Below are positions 29,101 to 38,382 of a stretch of DNA of 64,000 nt, one piece after another. Each line of letters starts with the position of its first letter. Positions within the stretch are counted from its first letter, which is position 1. Under the pieces are notes generated by a model that saw nothing but the letters and a program-made list of their open reading frames with translations, was not told the origin of the DNA and searched no databases. Origin of the DNA: Halanaerobiaceae bacterium ANBcel28 (lineage in GTDB: Bacteria; Bacillota; Halanaerobiia; Halanaerobiales; DTU029); the NCBI GenBank assembly GCA_037623315.1, contig JBBJJH010000001.1, positions 77,019 through 141,018 of the forward strand, in the 5' to 3' direction. The position numbers and the translations under genes are program-made.

Positions 29101-31021
29101 CAATTAACATTTCTAATTCTTCTGATGCACTAATTATTTTTTCATTTAATGACTTTCCATCAACAACCTTTTCAACTTCATCTAATTCATTCTCTATTGT
29201 CTTTACCTTTTCAATATAAGGTTTTAGGCTTTCATCTTTTAATAAGAAATCTACACATTCTTTTGCTAACTTATCATTTTTTTCTTTAAGCATATTTGCT
29301 AAGTTTTCTACTTTATCTATATCAACAAATTGTAAGTCTCTTAAACCGGCTATTTCTCCTCTTAATTTTCTTACCTCTATCAAGTATTTTACAAAATCAT
29401 TAATGCTTTCAAAAGAAGTGTAGCCTATTGATTTACTAATATCTTCTACTTTTTCTTTAACTTGATTGTATTGTTCTGCTGTAATATTTTTTATCTTGTT
29501 AACCTTATCAAACTCTTTTATAGCGACTGCCCCTGCTTCTTTAATCTTTAACAGAGATTCTTTGATATTTAAAGCTTCCTCATTGTCAATCCAAAAATAA
29601 TTGTCTATAATTTTTTCTGCATCTTTAACTATGTCAATATATAAACCATAATAGCTATCATCTTTTTGTAATAAGTTATATAAGGAATAACAATCAGCCA
29701 TAAACCTAACTATCTCTTTATTGCCAATATTATATAAAAAATCATTCTTTTTTTCTTCTTTTTTTACTAATATCTTATCAGCAAAACTAGTCTGCCAGAT
29801 TTGTATGGTATGATTCCTTTTCGCTTCCTGTTCTGCTTTAAATACAAGCATCTCTCCATTATCAAAATGAGAATAACCATTACATATTAAAGGTGTCTCA
29901 ATATCCTGATGAATTATATTGTAATTATGAATATAGTATTCTCCTGTTTTTAAATCATAAAAAAAGTATTGATAATCTTCACCATTTATAGAAGCTTTTT
30001 TGTTTTGAAATACTACATTCTCATAATTTACTTCAAATTTTTTAAAACCTCCTGATTGTAGATAAATACCATCTGGGAAGATTATACCATGATCTTCTGG
30101 TAATGATACTACTGACTTTCCTATAGAATCAATTCTCTGTACTTCTTTAGTTTTTTCGTTAAAAACAAGATATCTATACTCATTTTCCTGATAAGGTTTT
30201 ATTTTTAGTAAAATAAGGTTTCCTACTATAGAGTAAAATATATTGGCATCATTAAGATTTTGATCTTTCTGTTCTACCTCTTCTTCATAAATTCCTTCTC
30301 CTGAATTTGTGTTATTTTCAATTTTTAAGGTTAATGTCCCAGCTATTGTTTCTACAAAGAGACGATCTTCAATGGATATATGAGGATGAGAACCAGCTAC
30401 CTGATCATCTCTTGTAGTCTCGATCCATTCGAGTTCTTGTTGACTAGGATAAGATATTTCATGACTATATCTATTTCCAAGGTATTCTATTGTATCGTCT
30501 TCTTTTAATACCCATTTGAAACTTTTTATATCATCTACTTTATCACCATTTTGAAAGACCATATAAATAAAATTATTTTTTTCATGGAATTTTGCAAAAA
30601 AGCTATCCTTATAGTAATTGTATAATTCTTTAAAATCACTTTTGAATTTTTCATTATCTATTAAAGAATAATCTTCCTTTACAAACCTATCTCCATTATA
30701 GCTATATATTGTAAAGACATCACTGAGTTCAAGTTCTGATTTTAAGCCTACATGCACATTGTATCCCAGAATAACTTTATTTCCTACTGGAACAATATCT
30801 CTAGTAATACAACTATTTTCTGTAACTATGGCCTCACTTTTCTTTAAACTATTTTTTATTTGACCATATATATCTACTCTTTTTTGATCTAATTCTTCTA
30901 ATTTATCTTTTAGAAGACTTGAGCCTTCATTTAATCGATTTCTAATGACATTATAGGAGCCAAAGCTTTCCTGCTTTTTCTCTTTGTTTAATTCTTTATC
31001 CATAACAATCCCCTTACTCAA
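26123..31021 (-). CDS. giant coiled-coil protein with C-terminal AAA_5 (MoxR/McrB/dynein-like) ATPase domain; function unknown
   Basis: Walker A LLMISPPGYGKTTLVEYVANRL; Walker B/sensor VMIYLDDIQHSNPEFLQ...KKVCVVMAGNPYTE. TTG at 31021 overlaps the flotillin gene by 8 bp; alternative ATG at 31003 has AAGGGGA SD. Confidence 0.6.
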   Translation of the reverse strand: MSKGIVMDKELNKEKKQESFGSYNVIRNRLNEGSSLLKDKLEELDQKRVDIYGQIKNSLKKSEAIVTENSCITRDIVPVGNKVILGYNVHVGLKSELELSDVFTIYSYNGDRFVKEDYSLIDNEKFKSDFKELYNYYKDSFFAKFHEKNNFIYMVFQNGDKVDDIKSFKWVLKEDDTIEYLGNRYSHEISYPSQQELEWIETTRDDQVAGSHPHISIEDRLFVETIAGTLTLKIENNTNSGEGIYEEEVEQKDQNLNDANIFYSIVGNLILLKIKPYQENEYRYLVFNEKTKEVQRIDSIGKSVVSLPEDHGIIFPDGIYLQSGGFKKFEVNYENVVFQNKKASINGEDYQYFFYDLKTGEYYIHNYNIIHQDIETPLICNGYSHFDNGEMLVFKAEQEAKRNHTIQIWQTSFADKILVKKEEKKNDFLYNIGNKEIVRFMADCYSLYNLLQKDDSYYGLYIDIVKDAEKIIDNYFWIDNEEALNIKESLLKIKEAGAVAIKEFDKVNKIKNITAEQYNQVKEKVEDISKSIGYTSFESINDFVKYLIEVRKLRGEIAGLRDLQFVDIDKVENLANMLKEKNDKLAKECVDFLLKDESLKPYIEKVKTIENELDEVEKVVDGKSLNEKIISASEELEMLIDIVNNLKIEDSTKTAEIIDKISVLFSNLNQSKAKLKNIIDNLNSKEKEAEFYSKLNLLTHAVSNHLDLSNTVAKTEEYMSKIIIQIDELESEFSDFDDFLVMLTEKREDIISTFEGKKQQLIEKKNRKIASLGNAADRILKNLENRIQSLEEVSAITELFSTSPMVEKIRDIIEQLIELGDSTKADDIENKLKSLKESSVKQLKDKNELFLDENTIKFGNNQFLVNNQKAELSLLKKEDGFYFHISGTDFWEKVDGGDFINYQAVWEQELISENDNVYRGEFLAYNIFKRYQEDKSLKDLYKEGQQKLEKIVKEYIQNHSNEYYTKGVHDHDGQKILSAIVDTYLELELASYNPKIRAIANIFWEIGLEKEVKEKLAKRLKAANLISKHSKRDLLLGFIPALSQEIRSFLEKNKWIECSSCEKVAKYLAEEISQNESFVLSAEAAKLYEEFNNFLISNNGKKDFKESIEKLDEDIEGKYILIYEWLQSYLYEKEISSSDYIYEVLAILIFGDYSKRRIVNKKSEISINKLFGNHKVIDNSKYKINLVDYFDKMDNFTNEIIPLYKEFQKLKFEKIRTIKKELNFEDLKPKVLTSFVRSKLIDKVYLPLIGDNLAKQIGTAGKSKRTDNMGMLLMISPPGYGKTTLVEYVANRLNMLLVKINCPTIGHGVCSLDPTEAENASAREEIKKLNLAFEIGNNVMIYLDDIQHSNPEFLQKFISLCDGQRKIEGVYKGLSKSYQFRGKKVCVVMAGNPYTESGDKFKIPDMLANRADVYNLGDMLRENEEAFKLSYIENSITSNKHLNAIYMKEPEDIYKLIQIVNTGNRDEINLSGTYTEEEIEEALSVLRSCLKIRDEILRVNMEYIYSSSQNDEYRTEPPFKLQGSYRNMNKIVEKVVSIMNDGEIDALVENSYINDAQTLATHAEASLLKFYEISSRMSAEQEKRWNEIKKIYLDKKSEKDGQRVKEVIKELNTIGENLNLIANKQNLQNIST

Positions 31022-32987
31022 TTATTGATGTTATTGGTTCATTTTCTATCCCCAATTTTTGAGCTTTATCCAATATTGATCTTCTAAGTGGATTTGGGCT
31101 ACCATTAGAATCATTCATGTATTTCATTATAGCACCTGAAATTGTCAGATCCCTAATTGTTTTGGAATCAAGATTCATATTACCCATTAGAGTTTTAAGT
31201 TGTTTTTTAAAATCTTCTAAACCCCCATTAAAAAATGTATCTTTTACATCTCCTATAACAGCAGAGTTGTTTACTAATCTATCAACTTGCTTTCCTCTAG
31301 TGATTGAATTTACAAGTTTATCAAAGAAGATTGAGTCTCCACCTACAATATCAACATTAGCATTTGATAGACCGTCTTTAATTATTTGCGCTTGTGCTTT
31401 TGCTATCTCTGCTTCAATATTTATTCTAGCTAATTCTACTTCTTTATCTTTATTTAGTTTTAGTTTGAACTCTTCATGTTCTTTTCCTACAGAATCTAAG
31501 TTTTTCATAGCTTCTGCTTTTTTATTAATTCCTTCAGCTTCTGCTTCTGCTTGCATGGTTTCAACCTTAGCTCTAGAAGCACCTTCTGCTTCAATGGCCT
31601 CAGCTTTTGCTTGCATAACTCTTGCTTCAGAAATTCCTTGAACTGCTGCATCCTCGATATTAGCTTCTGCCATTATTTTTATGGATTCTGCTTTTTGACG
31701 TGAAGTTTTTAATTCAGTCTCAGCAAGTATAAGTTCTTTTTCTGCTAACTCTTGAGCACTTCTCCTATCTGCTTCTGCCAGTTTTACTTTATCAATAGAT
31801 CTAGCTTCTGCTTCTCCTTCTGCTTTAGTAATACTGACTGTCTTTTCTCTGTTAGCTGCAGCAATATCTTTTGTATCTTTTACTTTTTCTTCTTCTTCAG
31901 CTACTGATTTTTCTACTATTACTCTCTCGCGTATTACTTCTTGCATACCTTTTTTCTCTTTTTCTATTTCTTTTTCTTTTTCAATTTCAGCAAGGGATAC
32001 TACTCTTTCTCTTTCTGTTACTTCTAGTTCTGTTTGCTTTCTTGCTCTTTCTGCTTCTACACCTTCGGTTCCTTCTTTAGCTATTCTTGCAATTAATATC
32101 TGTCTATCTTTATTTTCCTCAGCTATTGAAACTTCTTCATCTGTTTTTATTCTTACTCTTTCTGATTTTAGTCGCTCTTCCTCATCTACTATTATTATTT
32201 GTGAATTTTCCCTTGATTTTAGATTAGCTATTTCTCTCTTTTGTTTTTCTTCTGCTTCAGCTTGTTGTCGCTCAAGTTCCAGGATAGCTTCTTTAGCACT
32301 TACATCCTGTTTTACTATAGTTTTTTCTTTATTTCTTCTAACTTCATTTGCTCTAATGGCTTGTTCTGCAGTTAATTCGATAATTTTCTTTATACCTTCT
32401 GAATCAAGAACATTGTCTTCATCTAGGTTCTCCACTTTTGTTTGTTCTAAATAGTCAATAGCAGCATCATCCAAAACATAACCATTAAGATCAGTTCCTA
32501 TAACCTGTAAAATCTCTTCTTTAAAAGTATCTCTTTCAGTATATAGTTGAGTAAATTCGAATTTCTTACCTACTGTTTTTAGGGCTTCAGAAAATTTAGC
32601 ATCAAAGAAGCGCATTAAAGTATCAGTATCTGAAGCTTTTTTTGTTCCTAAAGACTTAGCTACTCTTAGTACGTCCTTTTCTGTATGATTTACCCTAACA
32701 AAAAAGGCTACCTTAATATCAGCTCTTAAATTATCTTTACAAATCAAACCATCTTTACCGCTTCTCTCGATTTCTACTCTTTTTATAGAGACATCCATCT
32801 TCTCCCAGTGATGCAAGATAGGTACAATCCAGGTTCCCGTAAAGGATACTTTTGAACCTCCTATTCCGTTTTTTACAATAGCAGTTCCTTGTTCTACCTT
32901 CTTGTAGAATAAAAGCAATAACAATGGAAAGGCTACAAAAAGTAGTAAAACAACCCCTATTACAACATAGATTATCATTTCTAACAT
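31014..32987 (-). CDS. flotillin family SPFH/band-7 protein
   Basis: N-terminal TM, SPFH core (...KDNLRADIKVAFFVRV...), then a long EA-rich coiled coil; AAGGGGGA SD. Confidence 0.8.
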   Translation of the reverse strand: MLEMIIYVVIGVVLLLFVAFPLLLLLFYKKVEQGTAIVKNGIGGSKVSFTGTWIVPILHHWEKMDVSIKRVEIERSGKDGLICKDNLRADIKVAFFVRVNHTEKDVLRVAKSLGTKKASDTDTLMRFFDAKFSEALKTVGKKFEFTQLYTERDTFKEEILQVIGTDLNGYVLDDAAIDYLEQTKVENLDEDNVLDSEGIKKIIELTAEQAIRANEVRRNKEKTIVKQDVSAKEAILELERQQAEAEEKQKREIANLKSRENSQIIIVDEEERLKSERVRIKTDEEVSIAEENKDRQILIARIAKEGTEGVEAERARKQTELEVTERERVVSLAEIEKEKEIEKEKKGMQEVIRERVIVEKSVAEEEEKVKDTKDIAAANREKTVSITKAEGEAEARSIDKVKLAEADRRSAQELAEKELILAETELKTSRQKAESIKIMAEANIEDAAVQGISEARVMQAKAEAIEAEGASRAKVETMQAEAEAEGINKKAEAMKNLDSVGKEHEEFKLKLNKDKEVELARINIEAEIAKAQAQIIKDGLSNANVDIVGGDSIFFDKLVNSITRGKQVDRLVNNSAVIGDVKDTFFNGGLEDFKKQLKTLMGNMNLDSKTIRDLTISGAIMKYMNDSNGSPNPLRRSILDKAQKLGIENEPITSIIE

Positions 32988-33038
32988 TCAACTTCCCCCT
33001 TATGTTATATTAAAAAACATGTTAAGAAGAATTCTTTT

Positions 33039-33758
33039 CTATATTTTCTCCTTAACAATATATAAATCTTTATCTTTTTCTTTAGATACCACAATTGTTT
33101 GGCTGCCTTTTAAAATCATTTCTCCTAAAGATTTTACATTTATTACAATAGGATACCCATCAAGATCAATTTCGCCTTGAGCAATATTATCTGAATTCAA
33201 ATTAGACTTTAAAACACAGCTTTTGCCGATAATTCTTACATTACTCCTATCTTCCATAGAAGCAAAAAAGTTTTTAAATGGTTCTGTAATTCCTTTTGCT
33301 ATAAAAAGAGAAATTATTAAGTTTTGCATAAAAATTAAAACTCCAAGAATAGAATTTGGTGAAATATTTATGTAGTAAGTTAACATACTTAAAACCCACA
33401 ATACAAGAATTAAGATAGTAGAGTATATCATTAAAGGAACAGCACCTATATTAAGAAAGTTTAATATTTTATACAGGTAATACTTTATTGAGACATTCTT
33501 TTTCTTTTGCTGTTTCGATTCTACACCCCCATCAAAGTACTTATCAGATGAGTAGTCTAGATCTGCGTCTAGATCTAAGTCACAATCTAAATCTAAGTCA
33601 CAATCTAGTTCAAGATCTAGATCTAAACCTAGATCTAAATCAAATAGATCAAAAGAAAAGAATCCAAGGATTATTAAGAGCCAATAAGATATTAGAAGAG
33701 ATAAAAAAACTGAAGGAATTAAATTGATACCTGTAAAAGCATATTGAAAATACTCCAT
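33039..33758 (-). CDS. NfeD-like membrane protein (YuaF/YqeZ-type, C-terminal OB fold) carrying a (DL)n repeat
   Basis: Membrane helices plus C-terminal VRIIGKSCVLK...GEIDLDGYPIVINVKSLGEMILKGSQTIVV OB-fold; conserved NfeD-flotillin gene order. Confidence 0.6.
   Translation of the reverse strand: MEYFQYAFTGINLIPSVFLSLLISYWLLIILGFFSFDLFDLDLGLDLDLELDCDLDLDCDLDLDADLDYSSDKYFDGGVESKQQKKKNVSIKYYLYKILNFLNIGAVPLMIYSTILILVLWVLSMLTYYINISPNSILGVLIFMQNLIISLFIAKGITEPFKNFFASMEDRSNVRIIGKSCVLKSNLNSDNIAQGEIDLDGYPIVINVKSLGEMILKGSQTIVVSKEKDKDLYIVKEKI
33556..33650 (-). repeat. hexanucleotide tandem repeats encoding DLDLGLDLDLELDCDLDLDCDLDLDADLD
   Basis: Direct reading: agatct/aagtca/caatct... units repeated about 15 times. 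Confidence 0.7.
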
Positions 33759-33876
33759 GATTGATTTCTCCTTTCTATGGATAATCAGATACTAATAAAC
33801 TTTACTCTTTAAGCCGCTTTCATAATTAAAAGTTCAGCGAAAGTACACTCTGTAAGAAGAAAATACATTTTTATCT

Positions 33877-34674
33877 TCAAGCTGAATAGTCATTTATTCT
33901 TTTAGCCATCGTCCTTAACTCAGCAAGACTTCTTTCAAATTCTCTTTTGCTTTGATTTGAAGATGTTTTTAAGCTTCCTAATTTTATTTTCATATTATCA
34001 ATATCTGTAATTGCTTTTTCATTAATAGAGATATATTTGTCTACAGAATTTAACTCATTGATGAGCATATCTTTTTTATTTCTTAAAGAGAGTAACTCCT
34101 CTGTCATCTCTTTACTTAAATCACTTTTTTTCTCCAAAGTATCTATTCTAGAATCTATATATTTTACATTAATATCATCTATAGATTGATAAACGTTTTT
34201 AACTCTCTCTAAATTTTCTAATATATTATAATAAACATCTTCAGTTACACTCATAAATTTATTATAGCTTAATTCTTCTTGATCAAATTTTACATCCAGT
34301 ATATTTTTAAATGTTTCAAACTTCTCTACTACTCTAAGTAATTGATTTAATGCCAGACGAGCACTTTCACGATAATATTTAGAATCTGTAAAATTAGTAA
34401 TTTGTGATTTTAATTCTTCAATAAATACTACTATGTCATTATTATAAGTTATCATATCTTTTGAAAGCTTTATCTCTTGAAAATCTTTTACTTCTAGACT
34501 TTCTTCTTTATTATCCATAGAATTTAAACTCAATTGTTTAAAATTTATGATTTCAACTAATAAAGCCCCTATTATTATTCCAAAGCCAAGTTGCTGAAAA
34601 GAACTTGTAAAATAAATTATCTCTATGGCTATTATAAAAGGAATTGCTTTTTTTATAATCTTTTTGATATCCAT
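33877..34674 (-). CDS. membrane-anchored coiled-coil protein, possibly first gene of the NfeD-flotillin operon
   Basis: Two N-terminal TM helices then coiled coil; 118 bp upstream of nfeD on the same strand. Confidence 0.4.
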   Translation of the reverse strand: MDIKKIIKKAIPFIIAIEIIYFTSSFQQLGFGIIIGALLVEIINFKQLSLNSMDNKEESLEVKDFQEIKLSKDMITYNNDIVVFIEELKSQITNFTDSKYYRESARLALNQLLRVVEKFETFKNILDVKFDQEELSYNKFMSVTEDVYYNILENLERVKNVYQSIDDINVKYIDSRIDTLEKKSDLSKEMTEELLSLRNKKDMLINELNSVDKYISINEKAITDIDNMKIKLGSLKTSSNQSKREFERSLAELRTMAKRINDYSA

Positions 34675-34862
34675 TATATTCTCCTAACTTATATAAGTCT
34701 TTTAAATAATTTTTCTCTTTATTTATCTTTAAATTTCTCTTAGAAATACCTCTTATAATAAGACTTTAAATACAATGAATCCCAGATAGGCTATATATAA
34801 TATATTCCACATATATAAAACAATGAATGTTTTTGCTTTAAAATTCCTTTTTTATAATTTAA

Positions 34863-34901
34863 CATGTAAAAATATAACTGTCAAGTATATTTTTACATGT
34901 A
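34863..34901. promoter_or_regulatory. perfect 15-bp inverted repeat (candidate operator)
   Basis: ACATGTAAAAATATA-actgtcaag-TATATTTTTACATGT. Confidence 0.45.
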
Positions 34902-34974
34902 GTTTGGCATTTTTAGTCTTGCGTAGAATAACTACTCAATTATCTAATGATTTTTTTATCTAAGCGTAGAAAAA

Positions 34975-35015
34975 ACTAGCTACCTTTTATTCTAAAAAGA
35001 TAGCTAGTTTTTATT
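34975..35015. terminator. bidirectional terminator-like hairpin
   Basis: AAAAACTAGCTA-ccttttattctaaaaaga-TAGCTAGTTTTTATTT. Confidence 0.55.
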
Positions 35016-35108
35016 TGAAAAGAATCCCTTTAATATTATAGAATTAAGATTCTAAAATATGTTAATAATAGATATAAGAAATTAAGATATCAAAAGGTGG
35101 TATATTTA

Positions 35109-35564
35109 ATGAAAAAAGATAGAGTTTATAATGGATTTATAGCAGGTTTTTTTGCCAGTATCGTTCCCACAGTGATTAATAATGGGGCTATAGCTCTTGA
35201 CCTTAGTACATTTCTTTGGTCAGATTATATGGGGTTGTTTATAATGGGACAAGAACCAGATGGATTTATTCAAACACTTTTCTTTTTTGCAGCAATGTAT
35301 GTATTCATGGGTCTTTTAGGAGCTATTTTTTCTTTTATTCTCCCCTATATTTCCAGTCAACACATTTTCTTCAAAGGAGTACTATTCGGGATTACTACCT
35401 GGTATATTTTACTTTCTATACCTTATATTTTACAAATATCAGGTATAGATCATGCTCCTTTTAAGACAGTCGTAACTCATATGCTTAGTGTATCTTTATG
35501 GAGTATTGCTATGGTTTTAATACTTAAAAAGATAGATAAAAAGATTGAAGATATCAATGTTTAA
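35109..35564 (+). CDS. membrane protein, unknown function
   Basis: Start at ATG 35109 with AAAGGTGG SD (track start is a GTG inside the SD). Confidence 0.5.
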   Translation: MKKDRVYNGFIAGFFASIVPTVINNGAIALDLSTFLWSDYMGLFIMGQEPDGFIQTLFFFAAMYVFMGLLGAIFSFILPYISSQHIFFKGVLFGITTWYILLSIPYILQISGIDHAPFKTVVTHMLSVSLWSIAMVLILKKIDKKIEDINV

Positions 35565-35697
35565 TTATATAAAAGATAGGTCCAGTATAAAGATATTCCA
35601 TTTTTCTCCACTAGTCACTTGGTTACTTAATTCAATTGCTCTATTATGACCTATATCAGGATCTTACTTACTTCTTAATGAAAAGTATAATAAACAT

Positions 35698-35730
35698 TTC
35701 GGGAAGATAATATTTCTTCCCGAAATGTTA
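35698..35730. terminator. bidirectional terminator
   Basis: TTTCGGGAAGA-taatattt-CTTCCCGAAA. Confidence 0.65.
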
Positions 35731-35767
35731 TAAATCAAAAAGTAAAATTATAAGTCTACAAGAAGTT

Positions 35768-37087
35768 TTATAAGCTAACTCCCTGTTTCCTTAACTCCTC
35801 CTGAAGATCTTGAACATCTACATCTCTAGCAGTAGTATTACTTTTTATAGCTACTCCTGCTGCTGTACCTGCAGCCTGACCTGTAGCCATACATGCAGAT
35901 ATAGCACGTACAGAGCTCTCTGCCATATGATCTGTACTAATACATCTTCCCGCTAACAGTAACTGTTCAATATTTACTGGCAATAATGATCGATAGGGGA
36001 TGCCATATTCCTTATCTAAGTCAACTACATAAACATGATCATCCCAGGTTCCTGTTGGAGATAGAATATCATAGACTCTAGGATAAAGGGCAATATTATC
36101 TTCAAACATTTTTTGACTATCTATATCTTCTTCTGTCAAACGATAGTCCCCTTTAATTCTTCTGCTATCCCGATAACCTATTGAAGGTGCAATGGAGGCG
36201 AGTTCAGCTTTTTCAAATCCAGGTAGATAGTCTCTCATAAAGTTAAATAATTTCATAACTCGTTCACGAGCCAGCACTTCTCCTTTTGTTATGTCATCTG
36301 CGTTAGTAGGATCTAACTTATAAGCATTACAAAAGTTGATATAAGTAATCTGCCCGCCTTCTGTTAATCTTCCCATAGGAAAACCCATTCTTTTATATCC
36401 CATATCAATGACACCCTCTGCAACTTTCTCATGGTATATATCATAATAATATTGGATCCCTTTTTCGTCTAATATTTCCTTAACTTTTTTGCTATTAACT
36501 CCAGCAAGTCTAAAATTAACTGTCCCTGGTTGTACCAGACCATCATTATCACGACCTTGTTCATAAGGAACACCTGCTCTTGCTGCAATATCTCCGTCTC
36601 CAGTACAATCAATAACTACATCGGACATTAAAGCTTCAAAGCCTGACTTGCTTGAACTTATTACTCCTTTAATAATATTATCTTCCACAATAACATCAGA
36701 TACCCTTGTGTGTAAACGAAGCCATACCCCCTCTTCTTCCATCTTCTTATCTAAAAAGACTTTCAGATATTCACTGGAAAAACGATGTGGGTCCATATCT
36801 GTTCTGATATCATCTGAGCGATCATACTCTTTTCTGTACTCATCTTCTATTTCTTTATAAATACCAGTCACCTGATAGGGATGCTTCCATAAGAAATGAT
36901 TACAGGTTTCTACATAAGAAGCAGTTATATTACCGCCTAAAAAGCCATTGTTTTCTATTAATGCCACCTTTATTCCCTGTCTGGCAGCCGCAATAGCTGC
37001 ACCAATTCCAGCTGGACCACCACCACAAACAATTAGATCAAATTTTTTCTTTATTGGTATTTCTCTGTTCATTGATAACTTTTGCAT
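35768..37087 (-). CDS. FAD-dependent oxidoreductase
   Basis: DLIVCGGGPAGIGAAIAAARQG dinucleotide-binding motif. Confidence 0.75.
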   Translation of the reverse strand: MQKLSMNREIPIKKKFDLIVCGGGPAGIGAAIAAARQGIKVALIENNGFLGGNITASYVETCNHFLWKHPYQVTGIYKEIEDEYRKEYDRSDDIRTDMDPHRFSSEYLKVFLDKKMEEEGVWLRLHTRVSDVIVEDNIIKGVISSSKSGFEALMSDVVIDCTGDGDIAARAGVPYEQGRDNDGLVQPGTVNFRLAGVNSKKVKEILDEKGIQYYYDIYHEKVAEGVIDMGYKRMGFPMGRLTEGGQITYINFCNAYKLDPTNADDITKGEVLARERVMKLFNFMRDYLPGFEKAELASIAPSIGYRDSRRIKGDYRLTEEDIDSQKMFEDNIALYPRVYDILSPTGTWDDHVYVVDLDKEYGIPYRSLLPVNIEQLLLAGRCISTDHMAESSVRAISACMATGQAAGTAAGVAIKSNTTARDVDVQDLQEELRKQGVSL

Positions 37088-37171
37088 TGTTTATCATCCC
37101 CTGAGAAAACAATATTTTATATATTTAATTTTTATATGTTTAACTGAATCTAATAGTAGAAATCTTTATTT

Positions 37172-38134
37172 TTAATTCATTACATTCTGTGGATCTCCTG
37201 CTAAATACTTATCAATATTTTCAAAGACAATGACTGCTCTTTTTATAAATGACTCATCTGTAGCAAAGGCCACATGTGGTGCTAGCACTACATTTTTTGC
37301 ATTTAAAAGTGGATGATCTCCTGGTATTGGCGGTTCCATTTCAAATACATCTATACCTGCTCCTGCAATTTCCTCATTATTTAAAGCATTAGCCAAAGCC
37401 TGACTATCTACTACAGGGCCTCTGGCTGCATTAATCAAAATACCATTTGATTTCATTAAAGCCAATTTCTCTTTATCAATCAAATTCCTTGTAGATTCTA
37501 ATAAGGGTACATGAAGACTGACAATATCACTTTTTTCCATTAATTCTTCTAAGCTTACATATTCAGCACCTAGCTTGATAACTTCTTCTCTTTGGCTAGT
37601 ACCATAAGCTAATAATTTACAACCAAATGCTTTAGCTATTTCAGCAACCTTCTGTCCAATCGATCCAGGTCCTACAATTCCAAATGTTTTGCCAGATATC
37701 TCGTTTCCAACTAAGCCAGTCCTAGTTTTACCATCACGAGTGGCTTTATCACATGGTATAATATTTCTCATAATAGAAATAGCAAGACCAAATACCAGTT
37801 CTGCAACTGCTTGATTTGCATATCCAGAAGAATTAGAAACTGTAATATTATTTTCCTTACATGCGTCCATATCAATATGATCAATACCAGTAAAAGCTAC
37901 TGAAATCATTTTCAAATTAGGACATGAGTTTATTACATTTGCTGAAAGTGGCAAATTGGTGATTATAAGAATATCAGCTTCTTTTGCTCTTTCTATCAAG
38001 ACATCGTCATCTTCAACCCTATCTTGATATGCTATTAGCTCATGACCTGCCTTTTCAAGATCTTCACGATATTTCTCTAGTTCTTTTTCTGTAATACTTA
38101 TTGATTCTAACATTACTATTTTCACTATTAACAC
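37172..38134 (-). CDS. D-isomer-specific 2-hydroxyacid dehydrogenase family protein
   Basis: GKTFGIVGPGSIGQKVAEIAKAFGCKL NAD-binding motif; catalytic H in VLAPHVA. Confidence 0.8.
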   Translation of the reverse strand: MLIVKIVMLESISITEKELEKYREDLEKAGHELIAYQDRVEDDDVLIERAKEADILIITNLPLSANVINSCPNLKMISVAFTGIDHIDMDACKENNITVSNSSGYANQAVAELVFGLAISIMRNIIPCDKATRDGKTRTGLVGNEISGKTFGIVGPGSIGQKVAEIAKAFGCKLLAYGTSQREEVIKLGAEYVSLEELMEKSDIVSLHVPLLESTRNLIDKEKLALMKSNGILINAARGPVVDSQALANALNNEEIAGAGIDVFEMEPPIPGDHPLLNAKNVVLAPHVAFATDESFIKRAVIVFENIDKYLAGDPQNVMN

Positions 38135-38382
38135 ACCTTTCGTCTGAAAATTTTACAATTACAGTAAATATTATTTTTACTATCATATAAATTATTCTAC
38201 ATTTTTTGCTTCATTCCTTGTTTTATCACAAAAACCTCAAAAATACTAGAATTTGATTTCGAATGCTAAGTCTCATAGAGGAAACGTAAAGTTAATGTAT
38301 ATATTTCGTTAAAAAACATATCATAAATTTAAATAAAAAGTATTTGTTGATTTAATTTCACTCAGTAAGGAGTCTATCATTT

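Noticed and set aside
31117-32080. Plus-strand ORFs (174 aa and 69 aa, LLFLLL-rich) inside the flotillin gene
   Set aside because: Antisense of the EA-rich coiled-coil region gives long open L/F/S frames. The flotillin call is far stronger.
33556-33650. Possible CRISPR-like array from regular short repeats
   Set aside because: Units are 6 nt, contiguous and in-frame within a coding sequence. There are no spacers or leader and no cas genes.
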